From NCBI GenBank assembly GCA_964532485.1, contig CAZHKE010000004.1, positions 15,501 to 79,500 of the forward strand: a stretch of DNA of 64,000 bases, given 5' to 3'. Shown one piece after another: positions 16,912-25,490 of this stretch (positions within the stretch are counted from its first letter, which is position 1; each line of letters begins with the position of its first letter). The stretch comes from an uncultured Bifidobacteriaceae bacterium. GTDB lineage: Bacteria; Actinomycetota; Acidimicrobiia; IMCC26256; PALSA-555. The position numbers and the translations under genes are program-made. Under the pieces are notes generated by a model. It made no database searches, was not told the DNA's origin, and saw only the letters and a program-made list of their open reading frames with translations.

Positions 16912-18219
16912 ATGGCCAAGGTCGTGGTAGTGGGAGCGGGGATTGCCGGGCTCGGTGCCGCGTATGCGCTGCAGAAGCAGGGTGTCGACGTCGCGGTGCT
17001 CGAGTCGACACCCCACGTCGGCGGACGCATGCGGTCGATGGAGTGGAACGGCGCATGGATCGACCTCGGTGCCGAGTTCATCGCGACGCCGGGCTTCGAG
17101 GACACGATCTTCGACGAGCTCGGGATCGCCGGCGACCGCCTGACGTACCCGGGCGGCGACGTGAGCTTCAGCGTGTGGCGGGACGGCACGGCACACGAGT
17201 TCAACTACACGGACCCCAAGGGGATCCTGCGCTTCACCGGGATGAGCGTGTGGGACCGGTTGCGGATGGCCAAGATGCTTCCGGCGTTCCTGCGCCAGCG
17301 CCGCGAGTCCGACGGTCGTTGGGACGAGCCCTGGCGCGGTGCATGGGCCGACGACCAGTCGGTCGAGACGTGGCTCTCGCGCCTCAACCCGAGCTTCCTC
17401 GAGTACGTCGTCGAGCCGATGTTCGAGCTCTACTGCGGCTGGGAGCCGCACAACTTCTCGAAGGGCGCGTTCCTGAGCACGTCGCTGCTCCCGCGCCAGC
17501 CGCAGATCTGGACGTTCCGGCAGGGTCTCGGCACGGTCACGGGCGCGCTCGCCGCACGGCTCGACGTCACGACCAACGCACGCGTGACCGACGTCGACCT
17601 CGGGCGCGACCCGGTCGCGATCAGCTGGGAAGAGGGTGGAGCGTCGAAGTCGACGACCGCCGACGCGGTGTTGATCGCAGTGCCGGGCAGCCGCGTGCTC
17701 GACTTCACCCGTGGTCTGACCCGCGAGCGAGTGCAGTTCTTCGAGCGTGTCCAGTACGTCCCCCACGAGCTACCGTTCTTCACCGTCACCGAGCCTCCCG
17801 AGGGTGTGCCGTCGGGCGTCTTCTTCCCCCGCAAGGAGGACCAGCAGATCGCGGCGCTCGGGTACGACGTCTCGAGCACGAACCCCGACGTGCGGTTCCT
17901 GCGGATCTCGATGAAGACGAACCACATCGTGCGCCAGCTCGACAAGACCGACGACGAGGACCTCGACGCCATCGTGGACGTCGCGTCTCAGCGCTACCCG
18001 TCGATCCGAACGGTGATCAAGGACCGGTTCGTGAGTCGATGGCGTGAGGCACTCCCCGCGTTCGGCGTCGGCTCCATGCGCCGGTTGGGCGAGTTCGTCG
18101 CGCTGCCGCCGCAGCGTGGTGTCGCGTTCGCCGGCGACTACCTGCTGACCGGCGCGACCAGCGCCGCGTACCTCACCGGCACGAAGGCGGCGGCAGCCCT
18201 GCTGCCCCACCTCGGCTGA
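16912..18219 (+). CDS. FAD-dependent oxidoreductase (amine oxidase / protoporphyrinogen oxidase / phytoene desaturase superfamily)
   Basis: 435 aa. N-terminal dinucleotide fold MAKVVVVGAGIAGLGAAYALQKQGVDVAVLESTPHVGGRM. Paralogous to the partial gene at 63042. Confidence 0.85.
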   Translation: MAKVVVVGAGIAGLGAAYALQKQGVDVAVLESTPHVGGRMRSMEWNGAWIDLGAEFIATPGFEDTIFDELGIAGDRLTYPGGDVSFSVWRDGTAHEFNYTDPKGILRFTGMSVWDRLRMAKMLPAFLRQRRESDGRWDEPWRGAWADDQSVETWLSRLNPSFLEYVVEPMFELYCGWEPHNFSKGAFLSTSLLPRQPQIWTFRQGLGTVTGALAARLDVTTNARVTDVDLGRDPVAISWEEGGASKSTTADAVLIAVPGSRVLDFTRGLTRERVQFFERVQYVPHELPFFTVTEPPEGVPSGVFFPRKEDQQIAALGYDVSSTNPDVRFLRISMKTNHIVRQLDKTDDEDLDAIVDVASQRYPSIRTVIKDRFVSRWREALPAFGVGSMRRLGEFVALPPQRGVAFAGDYLLTGATSAAYLTGTKAAAALLPHLG

Positions 18220-18229
18220 GGGTCGGGGG

Positions 18230-19384
18230 ATGGAGGGCGGCGAGGCACTCGACCGGGCGGTCGAGGAGGCGATCGCAGGCGGCGGCCTGCCCGGCGAGGG
18301 CGAGATGTTCGACGTGGAGGCCGCGCCGCTCGGCCCGGTGATCGCTCTCGACGTGCTGTCGCGGCGGGTCCCGAAGGCGGAGCTGCACCTGCACCTCGAG
18401 GGCGCGATCCCGGCATCGACGCTGCGCCGCCTCGCGGCCGAGCACGACGTCGAGCTGCCCGGTTCCCCCGCACCCGGGTCGGCCTTCGACTACCGGGGCT
18501 TCGCCAAGTTCGCCGCCGACCTCGCCCGTGCCGGCGAGGTCCTCCGCGAGCCGTCCGACGTCACCGACGCCACGCTCGACGTGCTGGCGCGCGAAGTCGA
18601 CGCGGGGTGTCGCCACGTGGAGGTCATGGTGACCCTCGGCTTCCACGTGGAGCGCGGCTGGGACCCGTTCGACTTCCTGCGCGCGCTGGACGTGGCGTTC
18701 GAGTCCGCGCGTGACCGCTGGGATCTCAGCGGCGGCGTGATCGTCGAGTTCGACCGTGCCGCCGGGGGCGAGGTCGCCGCTCGCATCGCCGAGATCGCCG
18801 GCGACGCGGCCGACCGCGGCCTGCCGGTGGTGGGTGTCGGCAACAGCGGCGACCCGCTGTCGGTGCCGTTCGCCGCGCTCGCGCCGGGCTATGAGGCCGC
18901 ACGCGCCCGCGGCTTGCGCCTCTGCGGGCATGTCGACATGCCCGACGACGTCGAGCCGGCGCTCGACTTCGGCCTCGACCGGATCGACCACGGCTACAGC
19001 GCCTTGTTCGATCACGACCTGCTCGCCCGCGTCGTCGAGCAGCAGATCCCACTCACGTTGTGCCTCACGAGCAACGTCATGCAGATGCCCGGGATCTTTC
19101 CCGATTTCGATGCACACCCCGTCGTGGGGTTGGCGGCAGCAGGTGCTCGCTGCACGTTCCACACCGACGACCCGCCCTACTTCTTCACCGACATCGCCCA
19201 GGAATACCGAGTGGCCGCGCGCACCCTGGGTTGGGGCCCGGAGGATCTCGTCGCCGCGGCGCGCGCTTCACTCGAGGCTGCGTGGCTCCCGACCGACGTG
19301 CGCCCCGAACGCCTGCGAAGCTTCGACGCCGAGCTCGTCGCCTTGCTCGCCGACCCGCGATGGAGCGCCGGCGGACCGGGTTAG
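18230..19384 (+). CDS. Adenosine/AMP-deaminase-family metallohydrolase (divergent)
   Basis: 384 aa. KAELHLHLEGAI (metal-binding HxH), DRIDHG and FHTDDPPYF are present. The canonical HAGE segment is replaced by CGHVDMPDD. Confidence 0.75.
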   Translation: MEGGEALDRAVEEAIAGGGLPGEGEMFDVEAAPLGPVIALDVLSRRVPKAELHLHLEGAIPASTLRRLAAEHDVELPGSPAPGSAFDYRGFAKFAADLARAGEVLREPSDVTDATLDVLAREVDAGCRHVEVMVTLGFHVERGWDPFDFLRALDVAFESARDRWDLSGGVIVEFDRAAGGEVAARIAEIAGDAADRGLPVVGVGNSGDPLSVPFAALAPGYEAARARGLRLCGHVDMPDDVEPALDFGLDRIDHGYSALFDHDLLARVVEQQIPLTLCLTSNVMQMPGIFPDFDAHPVVGLAAAGARCTFHTDDPPYFFTDIAQEYRVAARTLGWGPEDLVAAARASLEAAWLPTDVRPERLRSFDAELVALLADPRWSAGGPG

Positions 19385-19442
19385 CCGCGCGACGGGCCGC
19401 CCGCCTCGACCGCGCGGACGACCCAGTCCAGCAGATCGTCCC

Positions 19443-20585
19443 TCACGCTGTCGGAGTGAAGCGCACCGGGAGCTCCTTGCAGCCTCGCATCATCAACGGT
19501 CCGCGCGGCTCGAACTCGTAGCCGTCGGCGAGTCGCAGGTCTGGGAGCCGACGCGCCACCGTCTGCAGCGCGACCCTGGCCTCGAGCCGCGCGAGAGGCG
19601 CGCCGATGCAGAAGTGCTTGCCGTACCCGAACGTGAGGTGGGGAGCCTCCCGAACGCGGTCGAGGTCGAACGTCTCTGGGTGGGCGAAGACGGCCGGGTC
19701 GTGGTTCGCGTGCCCGACGCACGTCGCGACGACCGTCCCCCCGGCGATGCGCTCGCCGGCGACCTCGGCGTCGGTGCTCGCGATCCGGGGCACCCAGTTC
19801 AGCGGAGGGTCGATGCGGAGCGCCTCCTCGACCGCGGCCGGCACGAGCCCGTCGTTCGAGCAGACGCGGGCCCACAGCTCGGGCTGCGCGAGCAGGCGGT
19901 GGAAGAGGGTGCTCATCGCGTTCGTCGTCGTCTCGGTGCCGGCGACGATCAGGATGCGCACCATGGCGACGGCCTCGGCGTCGCTGAGGTGGTCACGCTC
20001 GTCCTCCGCGTGCACGAGCCGGCTCACGAAGTCGTCGCGGGGATGCTCTCGCCGTGCGCGAACCTGGTCGAGCACGTACGCGCGGAACTCGGCGTCGGTG
20101 GGGGACGGTTCGCTCGTGTGCGAGGTGGCGATCGCATCGTCGGCCCACGAGAGAAACTGCTCGCGATCATCGGCCGCGATGCCGAGCAGACCGAGGAACA
20201 CGATCGCAGGCATCGGCGCGCTGAGCTCTCGCACCAGGTCGGCGTGGCCGCGCCTGACGAAACGGTCGACGAGGTCGTTGGCGACCGCTTCGATGCGCGG
20301 CGCGGAGTCGGCAACCGCGCGTTCGGTGAAGGCCTTGTTGACGATCTTGCGCACGCGTGTGTGCTCGTCACCGTCCAGATGGACGATGTGCTGCACCTCA
20401 CCGCGTGGCAGCGGGCGCGGTGAGCGGCTGCTGAAAGTCTCGGCATCTCGCAGCACGGACGACACGGTCTCGTAGCCCGTCACGAGGTCGAGGCCGGGAA
20501 AGTGGTGAACCGGGCAGTCGGCGTGCAGTGCCGCCAGCGGACTGAACGGATCGGCCGTGGCGACGGCCGGGTGGTACTCGGTCAC
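19443..20585 (-). CDS. Cytochrome P450
   Basis: 380 aa. Heme-thiolate loop FGYGKHFCIGAPLARLE and I-helix VAGTETTT. The GTG start at 20585 is preceded by GGGAGGAG. Confidence 0.9.
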   Translation of the reverse strand: MTEYHPAVATADPFSPLAALHADCPVHHFPGLDLVTGYETVSSVLRDAETFSSRSPRPLPRGEVQHIVHLDGDEHTRVRKIVNKAFTERAVADSAPRIEAVANDLVDRFVRRGHADLVRELSAPMPAIVFLGLLGIAADDREQFLSWADDAIATSHTSEPSPTDAEFRAYVLDQVRARREHPRDDFVSRLVHAEDERDHLSDAEAVAMVRILIVAGTETTTNAMSTLFHRLLAQPELWARVCSNDGLVPAAVEEALRIDPPLNWVPRIASTDAEVAGERIAGGTVVATCVGHANHDPAVFAHPETFDLDRVREAPHLTFGYGKHFCIGAPLARLEARVALQTVARRLPDLRLADGYEFEPRGPLMMRGCKELPVRFTPTA

Positions 20586-20624
20586 TCGGCTGCTCCTCCC
20601 GGGACCACGGGTCGCGGCATACCG

Positions 20625-20645
20625 TAAACTTCGTTTAATGATTTG
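20625..20645 (+). promoter_or_regulatory. Palindrome TAAACTTCGTTTA overlapping box site A (CTTCGTTTAATGATTTG), between the divergent P450 and hotdog-hydratase genes
   Basis: 5-bp arms TAAAC/GTTTA around TTC. The core AACTTCGTT recurs as its reverse complement at 25385..25393. The box is 13/17 identical to site B. It lies 17 nt before ATG 20663. Confidence 0.5.
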
Positions 20646-20662
20646 TCACGGGGCGGGAGTCC

Positions 20663-21883
20663 ATGGACGATGACGCGGAGGGTGATGCCGACGACGCGCG
20701 CGTCGGCGCCCTGATCACCCCGGAGCAGATCGAGAAGGAACGCGCCCGCATCGGGTACACGGTCGGGTACACGTACCAGTGGAACGTCGAAGCCACGCTC
20801 GACGCGATCCGCCACTTCGCCCACGGCTGCGGCGACGACAACCCGCTCTGGTGCGACCCCAGGTATGCGGCTTCGACAAGCTGGGGAACGGTGGTCGCCT
20901 CACCGCTCTTCTACATGACGATGGGCGACGACCACTCGCCGAAGATGCCGCCAGACGTGAAGGAGAAGTCTCGTGGCGCGCTGTCGGGCGTGCATCTCTT
21001 CCACGCCGGCACCGAGATCGAGTGGGCAGAGCACATCCGACCCGGCGACGAGCTCGGCTTCGTCGGTGTCGTGTCCGACGTGGACGTGAAGGAATCGGAG
21101 TTCGGGGGAACTTCGGTGATCACCCACCACGATCTCCAGTGGACGAACCAACACGAGCAGCCCGTCGTGTGGCAGCACGAGTGGTACGTACGCACCGAGC
21201 GACGGGCCGCCGCGAAGCGCGGGAAGTACGAGGGCTACTCGAGCGCGAGCTACACCGACGAAGACCTGGCGCGCATCGACGAGGCCTACTCACGAGAGAG
21301 TCCCCGGGGCGCCGAGACCCGCTTCGTCGAGGACGTGGAGATCGGCGAACCGATCGGCGGCCTGGTGAAGGGCCCCCTCACCGTCACCGACATCATCGCG
21401 ATGCACATGGGGTGGGGGTGGGGCGGCTACGGGTTCGGCCCGTTCCGTCTCGCGCACCGGCATCGCCAGAAGATGCCGCGCTTTTGGACCAAGGACGCCC
21501 GGGGCGCATGGGATGTCGTCCAGCGGTTGCACTGGGAGGAGGACTGGGCCAAGGAGGTCGGTGCTCCGTTTCGCTACGACTACGGCTTCATGCGCACGGC
21601 GTGGATGATCCAGGCGATCACCGATTGGATGGGCGACGACGCGTTCCTGTGGCGCTTCTGGAACCGGCTCGACCGGTTCAACTTCATCGGCGACACGACG
21701 TGGGTGCAGGGCGAGGTGACGGACGTCCGCACCGACGACGGGCACTGCGTCGCCGACGTCACATTGCGTTGCATCGATCAGCGCGGCGAGCAGACAGCGC
21801 ACGGCGACGCGACGGTGATCCTGCCGTCGCGCGAGCGCGGGTCGGTGGAGCTGCCCTCGCTCACGCGACGGAGGCGCGAGTGA
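20663..21883 (+). CDS. Double hotdog-fold (MaoC/FAS1-type) acyl dehydratase / enoyl-CoA hydratase
   Basis: 406 aa. The two-halves architecture (N-terminal IRHFAHGCGDDNPLWCD, a second half with FIGDTTWVQGEVTDV) is typical of fused MaoC-like hydratases. Confidence 0.7.
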   Translation: MDDDAEGDADDARVGALITPEQIEKERARIGYTVGYTYQWNVEATLDAIRHFAHGCGDDNPLWCDPRYAASTSWGTVVASPLFYMTMGDDHSPKMPPDVKEKSRGALSGVHLFHAGTEIEWAEHIRPGDELGFVGVVSDVDVKESEFGGTSVITHHDLQWTNQHEQPVVWQHEWYVRTERRAAAKRGKYEGYSSASYTDEDLARIDEAYSRESPRGAETRFVEDVEIGEPIGGLVKGPLTVTDIIAMHMGWGWGGYGFGPFRLAHRHRQKMPRFWTKDARGAWDVVQRLHWEEDWAKEVGAPFRYDYGFMRTAWMIQAITDWMGDDAFLWRFWNRLDRFNFIGDTTWVQGEVTDVRTDDGHCVADVTLRCIDQRGEQTAHGDATVILPSRERGSVELPSLTRRRRE

Positions 21884-21958
21884 CGCAGCGGTGCAGGTCG
21901 CGAGCCCGCGAACCGGCTGAGCTCATGATCGCCAGCTCGCGTACATCGACGGGAGGGG

Positions 21959-22020
21959 CGGTCGGGCGCTCCTGACCGGGCGGATGGGTACACTGACCGC
22001 CCGGTCAGCACGGTCGGGCG
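21959..22020. repeat. 12-bp perfect inverted repeat (13-nt loop), flanked by 10-bp direct repeats
   Basis: Arms: CTGACCGGGCGG 21972..21983 and CCGCCCGGTCAG 21997..22008. CGGTCGGGCG occurs at 21959..21968 and 22011..22020. The structure lies between the hydratase stop (21883) and the P450 start (22072). Confidence 0.8.
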
Positions 22021-22071
22021 CGACGGCGAAGGCGAGCCGGCGGGAGGTCAGGTGGGGGAGCAACGGCGGCC

Positions 22072-23226
22072 GTGGTGAGGTTCGACCCCTACGACCCCGC
22101 CGTGCAGGACGACCCGTTCCCCCGCTACGAGATCCTGCGACGCGACGCCCCCTGCTATCGCGATCCCGACGGCCGGTTCTTCGCGATCTCCCGATACGAC
22201 GACGTACGCGCGGCGCTCAACGACCACGAGACCTACTCGAACACCGGCGGCATCATCCTCGGGACCGACGTCGAGCACGCGCCGCCCAGCATGGTGCTGA
22301 TGGACCCGCCCCAGCACACGCGCCTTCGCAATCTCGTCAGCCGCGCGTTCACGCCGCGCCGAATCGCCACATTCGAGGACGCGCTACGCGAGAGCGTCGA
22401 CGAGTTCATCGACGCGTTTCTCGGGCGGGACGAGGTCGATCTCGTCCCCGAGTTCGCCGACCTCGTGCCGGTGCGCGCGATCTCCGACATCGTGGGCGTC
22501 CCGCGCGAGGACCGGGCCCGGTTCCGTGAGTGGGCGGACAAGATGATCGGTGAGCCCGACACCGAAGCCGGCATGAACGCGATGTTCGAGTGCTTCGCTT
22601 ACTTCGGTGCTGCCCTCGAGGATCGCACGTCGATCCCGCGTGACGACATGCTCACCGCCATGACGGAGGCGGAGGTGGAAGGGGAGCGCCTCAGCCTCGA
22701 GGAGCAGATCGGCATGGTGCTGCTCTTGTTCTTCGCCGGTATCGAGACGACGGTCTTCCACATGACCAACATCGCCTACGAGCTCGGCGCGCACCCCGAC
22801 ATCCAGCGAGCGCTTCGGTCCGACCCGTCGCTCATTCCTCCCGCGATGGAGGAGATCCTCCGCTACGACGCGCCCGTGCAGGGTGACATCCGCACGCTGC
22901 GCCGCGACGAGCGCCTCCACGGCGAGCACATGCGAGCGGGCGACGTCGTCCTGGTGCTCATGGGGTCTGCGAACCACGACCCGACCGTGTTCGTCGAACC
23001 GCAGACGCTCGACATCGCCCGCACGCCCAACCCGCACCTCACGTTCGCGCAAGGTGTGCACTTCTGCCTCGGAGCCCCCCTGGTGCGCCTCGAGCAGCGG
23101 GTCGCGGTCGAGCGTCTCCTCGAACGCGTACCGCCGTTCCGTCTGCGCGACGACGGTGTGCGCCGGCGCCACCTCCACGGCCCGTTCATGCGCGGGCTCG
23201 AGGCGGTACCGGTCGTGTTCGAGTAG
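22072..23226 (+). CDS. Cytochrome P450
   Basis: 384 aa. FAQGVHFCLGAPLVRLE heme loop, FAGIETTV I-helix, EEILRYDAPV (ExxR). Confidence 0.9.
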   Translation: MVRFDPYDPAVQDDPFPRYEILRRDAPCYRDPDGRFFAISRYDDVRAALNDHETYSNTGGIILGTDVEHAPPSMVLMDPPQHTRLRNLVSRAFTPRRIATFEDALRESVDEFIDAFLGRDEVDLVPEFADLVPVRAISDIVGVPREDRARFREWADKMIGEPDTEAGMNAMFECFAYFGAALEDRTSIPRDDMLTAMTEAEVEGERLSLEEQIGMVLLLFFAGIETTVFHMTNIAYELGAHPDIQRALRSDPSLIPPAMEEILRYDAPVQGDIRTLRRDERLHGEHMRAGDVVLVLMGSANHDPTVFVEPQTLDIARTPNPHLTFAQGVHFCLGAPLVRLEQRVAVERLLERVPPFRLRDDGVRRRHLHGPFMRGLEAVPVVFE

Positions 23227-23235
23227 GGGCACGAC

Positions 23236-23682
23236 GTGGAGACCGTGGGCGAGCTGGTGTCGGTGTTCGCCCTCGCGGTCGTCGACCCCCTGCTCGCGAT
23301 CCCGCTCGGGATCGCGTTCGACATCAATCCCATTGCGGTCGGGCTCATCGCCGCGGGGGCAGGGGCTCTCGGCGTTGCGCTGTTCGTCGTCCTCGGCGAA
23401 GCCGTGCGCGAACGGGTGCGTCTCTGGCGCACGGCGCGCGGGCGTGCGCCGCGGGATCCAGGTCGGCGTAGTGCGCGACTGAGGCGCCACTACGATCGTT
23501 ACGGCGTACCGGGCGTGGGACTGATGGCTCCGCCGCTCACCACTGCACCAGGGGGCGTGCTGCTCGGACTCGCTCTCGGCGCGCCGCGAGGCCGGTTGCT
23601 CACGTGGGGCGTCGCCGGGGTCGTGGTGTGGAGCGCGGTGGGAACCGCGCTCGCCGCAGCCGGGGCGGAGCTCGTCCGCTGA
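23236..23682 (+). CDS. Small integral membrane protein, small multidrug export protein family-like (COG2426)
   Basis: 148 aa with a GTG start 10 nt after the P450 stop. AIPLGIAFDINPIAVGLIAAGAGALGVALFVVL and YGVPGVGLMAPPLTTAPGGVLLGLALG resemble the two conserved halves of that family as I remember them. Confidence 0.6.
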   Translation: METVGELVSVFALAVVDPLLAIPLGIAFDINPIAVGLIAAGAGALGVALFVVLGEAVRERVRLWRTARGRAPRDPGRRSARLRRHYDRYGVPGVGLMAPPLTTAPGGVLLGLALGAPRGRLLTWGVAGVVVWSAVGTALAAAGAELVR

Positions 23683-23701
23683 AGGGTCGGAGGGTCCGTG
23701 G

Positions 23702-24142
23702 TCACTCCACCGAGCCCGGCGACGTCGCCTCGAAGCGCAGGAGCTCGAAAGCGAGGCCGCCGACGCGCGCGACGGAACCGCTGAGGTCGAGGCCGTCACC
23801 CTTGGTGCGGATCGGGTCCGTCACCTCGATGCCGCGTCCGCGGCATTGATCGACGCGCGCCTCGAGATCGGGGGTGGCGAAGCTGATCAGCGCGAACGTC
23901 GGCTGCACGCGGCCTCGGAGCTCCTCGGGTATGCGGATCACCTCGACGAGACCGCCCGACCCGGTGCCCAGCATCCAGCCTTCGGCGCCGTCGTTCTCGG
24001 GCCAGCCGAGGATCGTGCTCGTGGCGTCACCGGGCGCCCGCAGGCGGCCGGTGAGCTCGAGCCCGAGCACGTCGGTCAGGAACTCGACGACCGCCTCGGG
24101 CTCATCCGTCACGCACGCGACGTGATGGCTGCGGTTGGGCAC
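23702..24142 (-). CDS. VOC (glyoxalase / bleomycin resistance / extradiol dioxygenase fold) family protein
   Basis: Track ORF 23702..24223 was trimmed to GTG 24142, preceded by AAGGAG at 6-nt spacing. Sequence: VPNRSHHVACVTDEPEAVVEFLTDVLGLELTG. Confidence 0.7.
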   Translation of the reverse strand: MPNRSHHVACVTDEPEAVVEFLTDVLGLELTGRLRAPGDATSTILGWPENDGAEGWMLGTGSGGLVEVIRIPEELRGRVQPTFALISFATPDLEARVDQCRGRGIEVTDPIRTKGDGLDLSGSVARVGGLAFELLRFEATSPGSVE

Positions 24143-24170
24143 AGAAGGCTCCTTGGGGTCGCGGGCATGC

Positions 24171-25295
24171 TCAGGGACCGGGCAGGTCGCCGGCAGTGAA
24201 CCCGTAGAACGAGACCGACGCATCGACGAGCATCTCGCGCTTCTGCTCGCTGGTCAGGTCCATACGTTCGGTCAGCTCGTCGACCGGCTTCCAGCTCGCT
24301 TCGTAGTGCGGGAAGTCGCTGGCCCAGAGGCACCGGTCGGCACCGACGAGCGCCGCGACGTCGGCGAGCTCTTTCTCGCCGGTCTCGCCCGACACCCAGC
24401 ACCGCTCGCGGAACTGCTCGAGCGGGGTCTGCTCCGGCATCGGGAACATCGATCCGAAATTCTCGTACGACTCCTCCATCTTGCGGATGAGCCATGGGAG
24501 CCATCCGATGTTCCCTTCCAGGAACCCGAGACGCAGGTTCGGGTGCCGGTCGAGCATGCCATTGCCGAACCCTTGCACCATGGCGAGCATGATCTCGAAC
24601 GGGCCTGATACGACATCCCACATCCAGCGCGTCGGCATCAAGCGCCCGAAGTCGTGTGTCGACGTCGAGGTGTCGGACACGTGGATGCCGAACGCGAGGT
24701 CGTGATCGGTGGCCGCGGCGTAGATCGCGTCTTCGGCGGGGTCTCCGACGAGTCGCGCGTCGGGCGCGGGCGCTGCGCTGACGAAGAGACCGGACGCGCC
24801 GCGGTCGGCCGCGCGGCCGACCGCGGCGACCGCCTCCTCGACGCTGTTGCGCGGTACGAACGCGACCCACTTCAAGCGTTTCGGGTCGGTCGCGCAGAAG
24901 TCGACCATCCAGCGTTCGTAGGCGTCGACGATCCCCTCGCGCAGCCCATCGGGGAGGTTCTGCGCGGTGAGCACGAACGTCGGGTACAGCACCGACACGT
25001 CGATGCCCATCTCGTCCATCAGCGCCAGCCGTGGTCCGGGCTCGGACGCCGCGGCGTGGATGTCGTTCCAGCCGCGCCCCTCCGCGTTCTCGGCGCGCAG
25101 ACCTCCGGGCGTCGCGAAGTCACCGGGTGACACGTCCATGTCGATCAAGAAGTCGCCCATCGCGAGCCTCTCCTCACCGTCGACGTCAACGGTCCGGTAC
25201 GCGAAGTCGCGCAATCCCGGGTCGAGGTAGGTCTGCCAGACCGTGAACGGCTCCATCACGTGGCCGTCGCCGTCGATGACAAGATGATCTGGCAT
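24171..25295 (-). CDS. Amidohydrolase_2 family metal-dependent hydrolase/decarboxylase (ACMSD-like)
   Basis: 374 aa. N-terminal LVIDGDGHVMEP, and a C-terminal WASDFPHYE motif typical of the family. Confidence 0.85.
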   Translation of the reverse strand: MPDHLVIDGDGHVMEPFTVWQTYLDPGLRDFAYRTVDVDGEERLAMGDFLIDMDVSPGDFATPGGLRAENAEGRGWNDIHAAASEPGPRLALMDEMGIDVSVLYPTFVLTAQNLPDGLREGIVDAYERWMVDFCATDPKRLKWVAFVPRNSVEEAVAAVGRAADRGASGLFVSAAPAPDARLVGDPAEDAIYAAATDHDLAFGIHVSDTSTSTHDFGRLMPTRWMWDVVSGPFEIMLAMVQGFGNGMLDRHPNLRLGFLEGNIGWLPWLIRKMEESYENFGSMFPMPEQTPLEQFRERCWVSGETGEKELADVAALVGADRCLWASDFPHYEASWKPVDELTERMDLTSEQKREMLVDASVSFYGFTAGDLPGP

Positions 25296-25384
25296 CGCCT
25301 GCTCCCGTTGCCTGGCGCGCTCGTCGCGGCTCGGGATGCCCGACCCGCGTCCGCTCGGCTGCTCTATCGCTCCTGCAATTGTCG

Positions 25385-25393
25385 AACGAAGTT
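25385..25393. promoter_or_regulatory. AACGAAGTT core (reverse complement of AACTTCGTT at 20627..20635), in the 195-bp divergent region between two amidohydrolase genes
   Basis: An exact 9-mer shared by two AT-rich intergenic patches. AAC-N3-GTT is reminiscent of TetR/KstR-type operators (AAC-N2-GTT). Confidence 0.4.
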
Positions 25394-25490
25394 ACCTATA
25401 GTCCGTCGGCAGCGCACGGGAGCCGGAGCACCGCCGAGGGGACCGATGGACGAGCAGGATCTTGCTCGCGAGCACGTGAGCCGGTAGCCC

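Noticed and set aside
14866-17766. The 966-aa minus-strand ORF, taken as one gene.
   Set aside because: Only the last 358 codons (from ATG 15942) look like a real membrane protein. The first 608 codons are antisense to the well-supported SDR and FAD-oxidoreductase genes and are R/H/D/V-rich nonsense.
8100-19384. An anti-phage defence reading: AAA+ ATPase plus adenosine-deaminase-family protein (RADAR-like), or deaminase-based nucleotide depletion.
   Set aside because: The ATPase is a small (~270 aa) CbbQ/NorQ type coupled to a metabolic operon. The Add-family gene is 9 kb away in a different operon. Both are far smaller than RADAR components as I recall them. The Fcy1-type deaminases sit next to upp, which is classical salvage. 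No nucleases, TIR/Sir2 domains, toxins or mobile-element context were seen.
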